DNA of 64,000 nt, taken from positions 33,324,149 through 33,388,148 of the forward strand of contig NC_068990.1 of the NCBI RefSeq assembly GCF_001194135.2. The letters run 5' to 3'. The position numbers and the translations under genes were made by a program. This document shows positions 36,363 through 50,374 of this stretch, one piece after another (positions within the stretch are counted from its first letter, which is position 1; every line of letters begins with the position of its first letter). The notes below the pieces were generated by a model. The model saw only the letters and a list, made by a program, of their open reading frames with translations, was not told the DNA's origin and did no database searches. The DNA comes from Octopus bimaculoides. Lineage: Eukaryota.

Positions 36363-36839
36363 ATTGAGTCACCCCCATGAATAAATATGTCGTTATTTTT
36401 TTAATTACTTTAAAACAACAACAATCTAAAATTAACATTTACCTCTGCTCCTTTTACAAAGTAAAGCACCAACATCCATTTTTCAAAGTGTCCAAAGTGT
36501 CCAACATCCATTTTCCAAGGTGTCTCACAGCAGAACTGAACCCAGGACCATGTGATTTGAAAGTAAGCTTCTTACCACACAGCCACGCCTGTACCATGAG
36601 TTAAGGAAAGACACTTTCTTAAAATTCTGATCAAGACGAAAGATGTGCCCCTATCTTTCACAGACTCTCTTATTTCAATGAGATTGATGCCATTAATGTT
36701 CCTCTTAAACCATTATAAGTCAAGACCAGCAGGAAAAAATATAAGGGAATTCCATACATTCTAGAATTGAAGGATTGGACTTTGTAGTTAGTGCAGGGGC
36801 CTGAACAGATGAACACTGTGAAAGTGATGGGAGAGGGAG

Positions 36840-36882
36840 AGAAGGGGTGGTGTCTGAAGGGGTGGTGTCTGAAGGGGTGGTG
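36840..36882. repeat. 15-bp tandem repeat GAAGGGGTGGTGTCT (~2.7 copies)
   Basis: Visible directly in the sequence. Confidence 0.85.
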
Positions 36883-37454
36883 GATACAATGAGCGTAACC
36901 AGCTCCAAGGAGCGCAGGCTATTATAATAACTGTAGAACAAGGCAGAGTGAGGTGATAGATGTCTGAAAACCAGAGACTGGAACACATTTGAATTACTTT
37001 TAGTTTATCAGTCAGGTGGTTCTTTTTAGATGCACATATATGATTAATTTCTTTCATTTTCTGTCTACCAAATCCTCTTGCAAGGCTTTGGTCGGCTTGG
37101 GGCTATAGTAGAAGACACTTGGCCAAGGGGCCATATGAACCCAGAACCATGTGGGTGGGAAGCAAACTTCTTACCACACAGCCACACTTGTGCTACACCA
37201 GAAGTCTGAGTAAGTTTGAATGGCATGGCAAGAAAAGGGTTCTGATGTGTTTTTGGATTGACCCTTACCTTTCGAGAGGGAGAGAGGGGTGAGAGGAGAG
37301 AAAGAGGGAGAGGGTGGATAGACAAATAGATAGATAGAAAGAGATTTGTCAGACAGAAACTGAAAGAAGCTCGTTACATGAGTGTGCGTATTTGTGTTTG
37401 TCCCACCACCATCACTACCACCACCGCCACCAACACTCGACAAATGGTGTTGAC

Positions 37455-37865
37455 TTACTCTTTTACTCTTTTACTTGCTTCAGTCATTTGACGGCGGCCA
37501 TGCTGGAGCATCGCCTTTAATCGAGCAAATCGACCCCAGGACTTATTCTTTGTAAGCGTAGCACTTATTCTATCAGTCTCTTTTTGCCGAACCGCTAGGT
37601 TACGGGGACATAAACACACCAGTATCGGTTGTCAAGCGATGGTGGGGGGACAAACACAGACACACAAACGCACATACATATATATATATATACACATATA
37701 TACGACGGGCTTCTTTCAGTTTCCGTCTACCAAATCCACTCACAAGGCTTTGGTCGGCCCGAGGCTATAGTAGAAGACACTTGCCCAAGGTGCCATGCAG
37801 TGGGACTGAACTCAGAACCATGTGGTTGGCAAGCAAGCTACTTACCACACAGCCACTCCTGTGCC
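37455..37865 (-). mobile_element. tRNA-derived SINE, family B, full length and CpG-rich (young)
   Basis: Same architecture as 35964-36362 with intact CpGs. Additional family B pieces lie at 37060-37190 (-) and 37355-37450 (+). Confidence 0.92.
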
Positions 37866-38709
37866 TTGTTTATGCCCCTTAACTTCATGGTTCAACAAAG
37901 GAAACATTTTTCTGTTTCCAAAGTATATCTGAGATTCACACTGAAATCAGTGAGGGAAGAAGAGGTGAGTACTGCGTGAGCACAAACCAAATTCCTTAAC
38001 TACCAAAGTTGTTTTGGTGGTATTAGAATCCTTAATATCTGATTAAAATAAACTCAACAGCCATTACAATTAAAATCCATAAAGCAGCAATAAACCTAAT
38101 TTACTGTGATGGGAGAAGGGTAGCCAGTGTGATAACCTGGCAAAGACAGCAACAATTATAATATAAAATAATGAAGCAAAATATACAACACAAGGATAGA
38201 ATACATTGCAAGTTAGAAAGTTGAGAATTGCTTTCTAATAACTAATATAACAAACTTTAACAAAACATTAGCTGGAACATAATAGAAAATATTACAGCAG
38301 AAAAACATAGCAGTAAACATTAAATACTTAATAACTGCTTAATTTGCTTCACCTTTAATCCCTCACCTTTGTTATCTTGGCTCTTTTATAACCAGCCATA
38401 TGGTTACCATAAAATACAAATTATCATCAGACATATTCACATGAAACATGGTTCTTGTGTGATAGTGTTTCTACTGGTAATGATGATGATAATGGTATTG
38501 TGGTATTGTTCATAAAAATTATGCTACTTCAGATATATATATATATATCTGAAGTAGCATAATTTTTATGAACAATATATGAGTGTGCATGTATATATAT
38601 GTGTGTATACATACATATATGCATACATGCATACACATATGTACACCCATATATGTGTATATGTATATATATGTGTGTGTGTGTGTGTATGTTTATACAT
38701 ATATATATA

Positions 38710-38795
<86 letters not shown>

Positions 38796-39208
38796 TATAA
38801 AGATATAAATTGGAAACTTCTATTAGAGAACATCAGTAGTTGGCAAGGTGAAAATAATTATCTGGTCAATGTTTCAGATCTGGGTTTTCTGGAAATATAA
38901 CCAAAATAAAGATCAGAGGAATTGGTAGGTCAAAGGTGAAGACATGGAAAATAAGTTGTATTGTTGGGCGTTCTGTTAGAACTGTTTATTCAGACAAAGC
39001 AGTCATATTCACCCACTGATCTTTATTCTATATGATGTTGCTACAGTTTCAGTGAAACTCTACAATAACAAACTAGAAACCTCACTGTTCTTTGTTCAAA
39101 TCCCAGTTGGATCATCATTAACTTTCATCTCCCAAGTAATAAAATTCAATTTTAGTCTTAAAGCTATTTGTCCCTTGTTACAACATATGGTTCCTATGGA
39201 TTATGGAG

Positions 39209-39282
39209 TCCATTCTAACAACATACATTTCTCTGGAGATATGAAGGCCATTCTAGCAACATACATTCCCCTGGAGATATCT
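39209..39282. repeat. 39-bp tandem duplication
   Basis: CCATTCTAACAACATACATTTCTCTGGAGATAT / CCATTCTAGCAACATACATTCCCCTGGAGATAT. Confidence 0.8.
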
Positions 39283-39359
39283 ATCTTTATGTTGATTTAA
39301 TACTATCAACACAGACATTATTCACATAGCATCTCAGCAACTTTTCACCAGAACTGTGT

Positions 39360-39695
39360 TGTCATCATAAACATCTTTCAATGGCAATAGTAATACAGTG
39401 TTTATATACACAAATAATAAATACGCCACATCAACATAAACATCAATAATCGTAGTCATATTATATACACAAAGAATACACATCACCCTATAAACATCAT
39501 AAATACAATGTTTATATTAGATACGTAATATATACACCCCATCAACATAGACATAAGTATTTAATACACTAGTAAGATATACACTACTTCATCATATGCA
39601 TCATAATACAGAGATTTTATGATATTCACTCAAACAAAGTATGCACGATATCATCATAAGCATCAGTAATATAGTGGCTATTTGGTATGTACAAA
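39360..39695. repeat. Degenerate ~55-bp minisatellite, resuming at 40820-40960
   Basis: A unit like ATACACACCACATCAACATAAACATCAGTAATACAGTGGTTATATTATATAC recurs on both sides of the Chapaev3-like insertion. Confidence 0.6.
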
Positions 39696-39698
39696 TAA

Positions 39699-40816
39699 CA
39701 CTGAAAACCCTGGCTTTTGCAGTTTGGTGTTGAAGAGATGTTTCCTAGTAATTTTGGGGTGCTGCTTTCAAAAATGAAATCTATTTTGCTCTATCATGTC
39801 AAGATTTTTCATTAACTCAAATATCCATTTTCCAATATTTCCAGTATTGTAACCATTTTAAACAATAGATTTGGCTTCATCAAATGCAAACCTATGTATG
39901 GAACTTGACATAACTTTGAAAGTGTAGGTTTTCAATATCATTTAAGGTAAATGCAACTACAAAGGTGACAGCAAACCATGATTTAAGTATCGTCAGTAAA
40001 TAAAAGCATCAAACTCGACCAATTTTCACTATTTTCAATCTAACCAGTTTTAAATGCTGTGAAGATGACTGAAAGGTCGTTTATACAATTAGATGTAAAC
40101 TAGCAGTATAACCCGACGTTGTCCGGGTGTGACTTATTATGCCATCTGCGATAAGTCTTGCTAGGTGAAAATCAACTAAAAAAGAAAGCCTTACAACAAA
40201 AAAACCCTTATAACGTAAATATGTTCATAATTCAAAAGATGATGAAATTAATAGGGAAAGTCTGAAGGCTGTTTTGCGTAACATTATTAAGCGTACATAT
40301 GGTGACCTGGAAGAAAAGAACTAGGAGGGACAGGAGGCTCTGTCAAACTTTTTACACAGGCAATGTTAAATGATTCAGTTCATGATCTAGATTTACCAAA
40401 GCAAGCTAGACAACTGCCTTGATCATGTTCAGAAGAAAGGAACTTGCTTGCACCAGGAACCAAGTTCACAAGCTATTCACACAAAGCTGCAAAGAGATAT
40501 TTCACTACTTAAATAGCTGAAACTGCAGTTTGACAGAAATATCTATCCCAAGATGTGTAATTAAACATTTTGTGTAATACATCTGTTAAACAATAAAAAG
40601 CACAATTTGATTTGTGTCAGTTTCTTATTTTAATATTGCAATAAATGGCAAAATTGACATCTTTTAGTAAAAATGAATTCCTTTCCTAGAAAAAATCTTG
40701 ATGTGATAGAAAATTTCTGAGGGCATTTCTGAACTCAACACCATCTAATTAGGTAGGATTAAATGTAAAAAGCAAAGCAAGACAACTAAATACTTTTCTG
40801 AAAATGTTTTCCAGTG
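39699..40816 (+). mobile_element. Internally deleted Chapaev3-like (CMC superfamily) DNA transposon
   Basis: Termini CACTGAAAAC.../...GTTTTCCAGTG with a 3-bp TAA TSD (39696-8, 40817-9). Transposase remnant at ~40360-40500: FTQAMLNDSVHDLDLPKQARQL..SEERNLLAPGT, resembling 'LNDLVRDL.L.K..AELL.SRLKE.NLL'. The family name is from recall of CAC/GTG ends and TWA TSD. Confidence 0.7.
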
Positions 40817-42189
40817 TAATATACACACCACAGCACCACAAATATCACTAATACAGTGGTTATGTTATATACTAGAATAAGATATACACACCACATAATC
40901 ATAATTAGTTATACAACAGTTGTATATACCATATCACTCTAAGCATCAGTAATATACTCTCATTACTATCAACTTAATCTTGAGCTTCATACAAAGTTGA
41001 GTTGTTCTGGATTTCTTAAATAAAGTCAAAACTTCCTAAATTTTTATGAAAATAACAATGTGGCAGCAGAAAAAAAAATTATGTATAAATAAAATATATA
41101 AATAAAGTAACTATTAAGAATGTATTTATTTGTGTGTTATTGTTAGAATGGATAGTGTCACGGCTGACTTGTTCTTTCATCTATCCATTATCATTAATAT
41201 AAGAGTTCTGAATAAACTAGAAGCAATTCCATCAAACATGTCCTTTACATAAAGTAAAATTCTATGAATAGATACTATAATATTATGTTAAACAGACATA
41301 ATGGTAAAACATTCATGAAACAGAACTTGTAATCTTTCCACAAATAGACTTTCAGATAATGGCAATTTTCTCTGAGAACATACAAAACATAAAAGTTAAT
41401 ATCCTTCTTTCCAAAAGCATTAGTAATCTTGCATTTAAAAATTGAAACATAATAATTCAGACTTAAGATTACTGAGGGGTATATCCAAAGATATTGCATT
41501 CATTAATTAAATTTACTAGAGACATGAAACAAGACAGTCATAAAAGTCTGCCATGTTTATCATACAACCATAGTGTGGATTCTAAAAGAAGGATTGACTG
41601 GCTGATGCTGTTTCTAGTTTATTAACCTTCATCACCAATTGATTACCATATACTTTAAAACTACTGCTTAATTATATTTATAGATATTGTTGTCATGCTT
41701 ATTACTAATATAACATATTTTAGGCTGTTGGTTCTATTACACAAATTACTAATGTGTCAGCTGTGTTTATTTAGCAAACAAAAATTTACAATGAAGTATA
41801 CCCATAGATTTTAGCCATCACTGCATTCAGAAATTAATTAAATTGCATTCATTGGATGCAGAAAACAGTTGTAAAGGTCAGTGATGGTTACTGTCACCAT
41901 GGACAATAAAAGAGGAATTGATTGCACACTGTTCTTTCTAATTTATTAATCTTCATTAGCAATCAAATACCCTACATTTTAAAGCAACTTTGAAACTGTT
42001 TTATAGTGATTACTGCTACACTTACAACAAAAACAGGTAGACGAATTTGAATGTTGGACACATTTTCTGCAGTTAGTTCTGTTGTATCTTATAGCACAGT
42101 ATAGATAGAAAATATTGTTAATACTGTTTCATTCTTTTCTTTTTCTTTTTTTTTGTTTGGACTGTTTTTTCTTCTTCTTGATAATAATT

Positions 42190-42765
42190 CTTAACAAAAG
42201 GACTTTCACAGAACATGCTTTTTAAGAATATGAGCTGCCCCAAGGACGGAGGATTTTTTGGAGTATTTGCTAGTTGCCTTTACATCCAACTGTCCTAGAT
42301 AATATAATAGTTTTTTGAGAGATTAAAATTAATGCTCCAAAAATTACTGTTACGACTTCCTCTTTTGTTGTGGGAACATCCCCACATTTTCTAATACCTA
42401 TACTTTCAAGCCGATATATTTTGAGATTTCATTTGGATCCTTTCCAAGTACATGATTATACCACTAGTCTGAAGAGTTGAATCTATATTTTTACAAATTG
42501 ACCAGTGTAAATTAATACAAATCTTATCAAGGCATCACTTGTACTCTTTCTCAGCTAAAATTTTGCAACCTGCTACAATATGCTCATTATTTTTCACTTA
42601 CAGATTACAAAAGTGTTATTTGTTTATTGAAGCAGTGAAATAAATACTCTTATTCACTAAAGTAGTGCTTAGAGCATGTCCTTTTGCCACAAGCAAAATC
42701 CCAATTTCTTTCACTGTAGAACCACTTTCATTTTGATCAGTGATTTTTTTCCCATTCTGGCAAAA
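42190..42765 (-). mobile_element. Decayed R4/Dong-like RLE non-LTR 3' fragment (zinc knuckle to C-terminus)
   Basis: ...KEIGILLVAKGHAL...INK*HFCNL*...EHIVAGCKILAEKEYK*CLDKICINLHWSICK ... ISKYIGLK ... VLGAAHILKKHVL*. Confidence 0.8.
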
Positions 42766-43269
42766 TTGTTAGAGTGTCAGAAAAAACTGCTTTGAAGTAT
42801 TTGTTCAGGATTTTACATTATGAGTTCAATTCCTGCCAAGGTCAACTTTGCCTTTCATCCTTCCAGCATCAAGAAGTTTTCTCACAGTCTTAATCTTTTA
42901 ACTAACATTCTGTCAAACTCAGCAATTTAATCTCATCCTTCAGTCAATCTCCTGTTCACTCACCAATCACTCACAATTCAATCAATTTTACTAATCTACT
43001 AATCAGTTGCCATTCAATAATCCATACCAATTAATCATCACTTAGTCAATTCCACTCATCATTCACCATTTGATCAAGCGTACCAATCACTTGCTATTCA
43101 ATACATCTTTTTCCAATTACACACCATTCAATCAATCTCACCGCTCAGTCATCATTCACCAATCATCTATCTCATGAATCAATCAGCAAGTAAAATGCAA
43201 TGTACACTGTCTCCTGTTTTGATTAACTAGGAAAATAAAAAAAAATGGAACATTTTCATCTAACAATTC

Positions 43270-43651
43270 ATTTTACTTGATAATGATGGCGATGATGATG
43301 ATGATGATGGTGGTGACGATAAAAACAATGATGATGATGGTGCTGATAACTATAGTGATGGTCATGGTGATAGTGGCAGCGGTAGTGGTGGTGGTGAGGA
43401 CATTCAAGATGATGGTGGTTATGACAACGATGATGAAAATGATGCTGATGATGCTGGTGGTGGAGCGTTGGTGATGATGATGATGATGATGATGAGGGAT
43501 GATAATATAGTAAAATCCTTCTAATAATAAACACCAGAGGGCAGCAACGAGGAGTTTAATGCTGAGTTATTTATGGAATTTAAAATATTCTTGTGATAAT
43601 AATAAAACAATGGCAGAATAAATACAGTGGTGTTAGTGGTGATGGTAGTTG

Positions 43652-43696
<45 letters not shown>

Positions 43697-44074
43697 TTTA
43701 AGGTAGTGGTAGTGCTAATAATGATGTGTAGAAGTGTGGTGGTAGTGGCAATGGTGGTGGTAGTAATAGTGGTGGTATGAAGTGATGTGTTGGTGCCTGT
43801 AGTGGTGGTGGCTGAGGTGGTAGTAGTTATTAGCACTGCTGTTGATGGTAACAGTGCAGGGGTGTAGTGTTTGTGATGATGGTGATGGTGGTAGTGGTGG
43901 TGGTGGTAGTGTTGGTAGTCGTGATGATGGTTGTAGGGGTCATGGCAATGGTGGTGGTGGTTGTGGAGTGTAGTGGTAATGAGGACAGCAGCTGTAGGGG
44001 TAAAAGTAGCAGTGGAGGTGGTGGTGGTGGTGCTAGTAGTGGTAATGGTGGTGGTAGTGGTGGCGTGGCAGTGA

Positions 44075-44119
<45 letters not shown>

Positions 44120-44365
44120 CAGTGGCGGCGGCGGTGGTGGTGGTGGTAGAAGTAGTAGTAGTAGTGATGTAGAATGGAAAAATGGTGAAGAGGGATGAAG
44201 CAAGAAATACAATTATGAAGAAGAAAAACAAGTTTTAAAAAACAAAACAGAAAAACAACATTAAAAAAAAAACAATGTAACAAGGAAATTTCAAGAGCAG
44301 AAAGGCAAAAGGAGGATGGTGATGATGGTGATGATGATGATAATGATGATGATGATGATGATGAT
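43270..44365. repeat. Large compound trinucleotide microsatellite field (GAT/GGT/AGT)
   Basis: Visible directly in the sequence; it is the source of the poly-H/T/V/M ORFs. Confidence 0.95.
43531..43546 (+). promoter_or_regulatory. Candidate CTCF-binding motif
   Basis: ACACCAGAGGGCAG matches 13/14 of the CTCF core CCASYAGRKGGCRS. It lies in a short unique island between microsatellite arrays. Confidence 0.4.
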
Positions 44366-44761
44366 AAGTATCAAGAATAAAATAAATATAAAAACGAAGG
44401 CAAAAATGGAAAAAAAAACCGAAACAGAACAAAAAAACAAAAACAAAAACAAAAATAAAGTAAACGGAAAATAAGGCAGCAGCATCTGATTTCTTTTTTT
44501 TTTTGTTGTTGTTCCCTTAGACTAGTCCAATGATCATTAACTAAAATATAACTTTTATTTCAACTTCTACTTTTCCCCCTCCAACTAAAGCGGATTTTTT
44601 TTTTAAACAAATTCTTCGCAACTTAAAAAAATAAAGAAAAATAGAAATTAAAACAAAAAAGATTCAAAAATAAGCATCATACAATTTAAGAATTACAGAC
44701 TGAAAAAAAATGCCACCACAAAAGTCATGCTCTGATGCTACATATACGTATATATACACAC

Positions 44762-44805
<44 letters not shown>

Positions 44806-45508
44806 GTATGTATATATATATATAAATGAATATGTATGTATGTATATAAATGTGTGTGTATAAAGGTACATATATATATANNNNNNNNNNNNNNNNNNNN
44901 NNNNNNNNNNNNNNNNNNNNNNNNNNNNNNNNNNNNNNNNNNNNNNNNNNNNNNNNNNNNNNNNNNNNNNNNNNNNNNNNNNNNNNNNNNNNNNNNNNNN
45001 NNNNNNNNNNNNNNNNNNNNNNNNNNNNNNNNNNNNNNNNNNNNNNNNNNNNNNNNNNNNNNNNNNNNNNNNNNNNNNNNNNNNNNNNNNNNNNNNNNNN
45101 NNNNNNNNNNNNNNNNNNNNNNNNNNNNNNNNNNNNNNNNNNNNNNNNNNNNNNNNNNNNNNNNNNNNNNNNNNNNNNNNNNNNNNNNNNNNNNNNNNNN
45201 NNNNNNNNNNNNNNNNNNNNNNNNNNNNNNNNNNNNNNNNNNNNNNNNNNNNNNNNNNNNNNNNNNNNNNNNNNNNNNNNNNNNNNNNNNNNNNNNNNNN
45301 NNNNNNNNNNNNNNNNNNNNNNNNNNNNNNNNNNNNNNNNNNNNNNNNNNNNNNNNNNNNNNNNNNNNNNNNNNNNNNNNNNNNNNNNNNNNNNNNNNNN
45401 NNNNNNNNNNNNNNNNNNNNNNNNNNNNNNNNNNNNNNATATATATATACATATGTATAGATAAATATATATACATATATAGAGATGCATAGATATACAT
45501 ACATATAT

Positions 45509-45548
<40 letters not shown>

Positions 45549-46182
45549 TTATATATGTGTGTGTGCATATGTGTGTGCTTGTGTATATATAAACATAAAT
45601 GTATATGTGTCTACAGATGCCTATGCTATCGTGTATGTATGTGTATGTGTGTGTGTGTTTGTGCACGTGTATGTGTGTGTGTGTTGTGTGTGAGGATGAT
45701 GTGTGATTACATGATATATCATAACGACTGGGTGGTTAGATGGAGGTGGTGGAATTTACAACAGGTTTATTATTGAAGAATTCCGGCATAAAATAATAGT
45801 AGTTATTATGGGAACCTTTGAAAAAAATTGTACTTCAATTTTGATGACAAAGAAGGAGAAATGAGAGGGAGGAGCTAATGTGACATAGCAAGCGGGTGAG
45901 TGGCGGGGAGGAGACAGATAATACCATGTATGAATGTGCATAAAAATGTGTGTGCTTGTATGTATACGTCTGTGTGTGTGTGGCTTGATTTAGAAGATTA
46001 CACATTGCAGAAACATCAGATTATAATCAAAGAGGTTAAAAGTTCAAATTCATATTCCAGAATCTTCCTTTGCCTTTTTCCACTCTGATTTTAACTTCGT
46101 TTAAGAAGATTTAGTCCCTACCATCTTTCTGTATAGCTCTGAGCATTACCAATTAACATTGCAAGACTTTTAGGTCACAAGC

Positions 46183-46274
<92 letters not shown>

Positions 46275-46907
46275 GAGGTTGGAAAATGGAGATATTTTCT
46301 CCTTGTGAAGGCCATAAACATTTGGTCCTTTCTCTTAAATCTTAAAATAATCTTGCATGAATCTTGGCTGTTGTGCACACACACACATACATGCGTGCAC
46401 ACATGCACACACACATATATACACACACAGAGTCACAGTGACAGGCATACATGCACATGGAGAAAGTATAAAAAGAACCTTCCTTCATTGGCTCACAATA
46501 TCAGCACTTTCTTCATCCCTCTATTCTCAGACCAAGGGAAATGACGTAAACATTAAATTCATCCTCCCTTCTGGGGAATCGAATTTACAAACACTTCCAT
46601 AGACCCTTTTTTTCCATTAATTTATTGCTCACACACACAACATTATCAGTATCCTTTGAATCCAAAAGTTACCATCTCACCGAAAATGTTGCTCAATCAA
46701 ATAGCATCTTTTATCAACCTTACAAATAACATCCTTTATCAACCTTACAAATATTGCTCTATTGACCGATCATTAGGTTGCTATCCTGTCTCGAAATGTT
46801 TACTACTCTATCACATCTAAAATATATTTTCTACTTCATATACCTTACTCTTCAAATTAAACACTAAGCACTCAAACTAAGCACTTTGTCCTCTCCATCT
46901 TTGCCAG

Positions 46908-46924
46908 AAATGTCAGATTTACAG
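46908..46924 (+). CDS. Candidate 17-nt microexon
   Basis: cactttgtcctctccatctttgccag|AAATGTCAGATTTACAG|gtaaga: strong polypyrimidine tract, ACTAAG branch-like sites upstream and a consensus donor. All three frames are open. Confidence 0.3.
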
Positions 46925-47859
46925 GTAAGAACTAAAATTAATCAAAGATTTAACAAGGCCTAGTTATAGACACAACGTAGCCAGTGCTGCAGTATCAAGG
47001 CAGTGCCCTAGTATGGTAACAGTCTAATGACTGAAACAAGTAAAAGATAGAAGATGTTTTTAAGCAATTTACAGCAAAAAAAGGTCAGTCAACTTATACA
47101 CCAAGGCAACTTTGGTGGAACAAAACCTACATGTGAAATACATGTTTTTGGCAAGATATTGTCTGAATGTTTATACTACATGTTTACACTCTATATATAA
47201 CATTGATTTGTATGCTGGAAAATACGGTAAATCATACATTTTAATAAGGACTAAAATAATGCCTTGGCCAGCAGTCTAGATGGAAACCAAAGAATTAAGT
47301 CAATGTTAACATAGATAATGTGATATACTGATAAATATTCATTAATTAAAATTACACCCATAATAATGAGAAATGATTATTAGCACAATTATCAAATAAG
47401 CTAATGATTGTTTTTTTATCCTGAAGGGTATAATTTTAATTATCATTTGTTGCTACACTACATAAATTATGTTAGCACTGACCTCTCTGTTTAATTTTTG
47501 GGAAGGAAGTGTAAGGCAGATCTAATTTCAGTCTCACCACAATGTAATAGTAAAAGTATGTGTAACCAAAATTTAAATTGCAAATTAAAGGTAAGTTTTA
47601 TCATTATCGTCACCATAACAGTCCTCCTCCTCCTCCTCACCACCACCACCACCACCACCACCACTACCACTACCACCACCACCACCACCACTATTATCAT
47701 CATCATCACGACGACGACCACCACTTTTGGGTGTGAATTTTACATGAGTAGAAGCTTTTTTTAACAATTTTTATCCTGAAAATCACCTGCATAAATTACA
47801 CAGGTGCACAAATTACATGGGTTTTTATGGTAATTGATTTACTGCCTCTCCACAAAATT

Positions 47860-48065
47860 GCTGGCCTTGAGGCAAAATTTGAAACCTATAATTAGGGTTG
47901 TCAAGGCACTGAGCTGGCAGAATTATTGGCACACTGGACAAAATGCTTAGCAGCATTTCATCTGGATTTATATTCAAAGGTTGACTTTGCTTATCATCTT
48001 TTAGGGACTTACCACCATCCACCGAAATTGCTGGCCTTGTGCCAGAATTTGAAACTAATATTACG
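47860..48065 (+). mobile_element. SINE family A fragments
   Basis: Tail piece AAATTGCTGGCCTTGAGGCAAAATTTGAAAC followed by a head GAGCTGGCAGAATTATTGGCAC... and a second tail. Confidence 0.7.
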
Positions 48066-50226
48066 AGTTGACTCCCCAAATTATTCTGCACAGATTTAAG
48101 CAGTTCCACTTTGAGTCCTTCAGTAATTAAAGTTTCTTGCTTGCTACATTGTGCTAGTGCTGACTAAACGACAATTTTTCCATTCTTATCATGTCTCAAA
48201 CTAACAGACATTAACGAATACATTAACCAATAATGGTTTAAGTAGAACAATAATTACATCAATCAATCAGTTTGTGAGGATACGGTACCTCTTATTCATG
48301 CTAAATAGACAAAAGGAAATGTTAAAATTATTTGAATTGTAATTTCTTTTGAAATATATCAAATTGATATTGTTATAAATGGAAATACTATAAATGCCAA
48401 TGAAACAATAGTTTGTTTCATGTTGAATGTGGAAAGTTTATATAATAAAGCATAGAACAGTGACATCAGCTGGTAGCAAACTGTTGGTTGGTTCTTACTG
48501 AAGCTAATTATTTACAGTACAGTAATTTAAGATAAAAGATAAATGAAAAGAAAGATAGACAAAGATGGAATATTTTTATTGTAAGAAAAGGCTGGGTTAG
48601 TGCTGATAATAAAGTGCTCTGAGATTGGCTGCATTGACAGAAGGTTTGGAGCTATGTACGTGTGCCTGTGTGTGTGTAATGATAGTTAAGTCTTAACACA
48701 CACCCTCTATTCACAGTTATTAACCTGTCTTGCACCTCTACTGCTGCTCTCATGATTCTGTATTATCTCCAATAATACCTCCTTGTTTCACCCACATTCT
48801 TCTGTCTTAAAATTCCCTTAACCTTACAACTGTGAAATTAAATTTCATAGTTATTCCAGTAACAATGTTAAAGATCTACCACAAAATCAAATTGGTATAT
48901 ACTGCAAGTTACTCTCCTCAATAAACTTGACATATCTCAACAGAAAATAGCTTCAAACAAAACAACACTACTTTCTGCCATTAGGAGTAATGAAATTTTG
49001 AGTGGTTACATCTGATTTCCAAAGTGAAAGGGTTAAACATGTCTCATTGACTCTGTATAAAGTACATGATACAACCCTTCTTCTTTAGATTTGTATTCCT
49101 CTGGAAGTTTTCCTTTCCAGTCCATTTCTCACCCTCAATCATTAACCTCTAAATAAAATAAATTCTTATACCAAATCAACAAGGACTGAGTTTTGATATT
49201 TCAGTTATACCTAATACAACCCATCACTGATTTCCTCTAGGTTTTTTTCAACCCTTTTATTAATTGCTTTAATGCCATCTTATCCTCTCTGTCCAAATGT
49301 TTAACAGAGACTTACAAAGGCTATAACAATTGCTTGCTGTTCTCTAATGGCATTTAAGAAAAGCAGAACTGGGTGAAGACATGCTTCAGTTTATATATGA
49401 GACAACCTAAAGTTGGTAATAAAGAAATATAGAGGGAACGGTTGATGAAAAATAGAAGAAAATAATTTATAAATGGTAGAACATCAGATAAAGAATGACC
49501 AATTTTTTATACTTCACCAACACTATGTAACATAGATTAGTACACCTGAACACATAAATCGTGATCAAATCAGACATTAGCTTCCATTTTCTTAGAATGG
49601 AAGCTGATGTTTTCTTTTATTTATTCTCTGACTGGAGAAAAAGATATTTGATAATAGTTTGAATTGTTAAGAAATGCAACTTCCTGATCTATTGTGTGTT
49701 ATTTCTACATAGAAGAAAGTTACTATCATTAATTTGCCTACGTCTACTTGGTTATACAACAGATAATACACTCCTTTGTAGTTACCACAAGAAAGGATAG
49801 CTAGTAAGAAAACAACAATAACAACAACAACACACAAATTATATCTCATACTTCCTCCATAGCAGAAAAAGAGGAGATTCAACACAAAATTGTTTCTATG
49901 AAGTAACAATTTAACAGTGAAACAGTCAAAATATATCAGAAAAGAATAAATAGTTTCATACCAATAAGAATACAATCTTGACATAGATTTTGTTACTTCT
50001 TCCATTATTTCATAGCTGGTTTTTCCATTCTAACCAAGGGCTGACAGACTACAAAATCCCTTATAGGAAAAATAACTAGCTATCTTCTCAAATACTGATG
50101 CCCTGTTACTGAGACAGTCTTACAGAATAATATTTTAAAAGTGTGCTTTGAAATATACACCACACATGCACATACCAAAATCTATGTTTGAACTTTTAAT
50201 CCCTACACACTTTTTTCCCTCTCAAT

Positions 50227-50350
50227 CCTTTCTAATGAAGAGCATAGGCTTGAAACATCAAAGACTTCTCCATTTTTCTTGAGTATCAAACATTTACACC
50301 TGATTGTTGTTTCTTCACCTGTCTTTGTCTTTTGTTTTCTATAAATTTTA
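50227..50350 (+). mobile_element. (AT/GT)n-linked short element with decayed hammerhead-like motif (50228-50263)
   Basis: cttt CTAATGAA GAGC-ATAG-GCTT GAAAC ATC aaag, followed by the reverse complement of the 11575/14815 body. Confidence 0.7.
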
Positions 50351-50374
50351 AGTGTGTGTATGTGTGTGAGTGCA

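Noticed and set aside
43268-44485. His/Thr/Val/Met-rich ORFs (also 7753-8089, 28079-28349, 47491-47767, 58939-60017, 60980-61393, 62285-62983)
   Set aside because: These are translations of trinucleotide or purine microsatellites, open in several frames on both strands.
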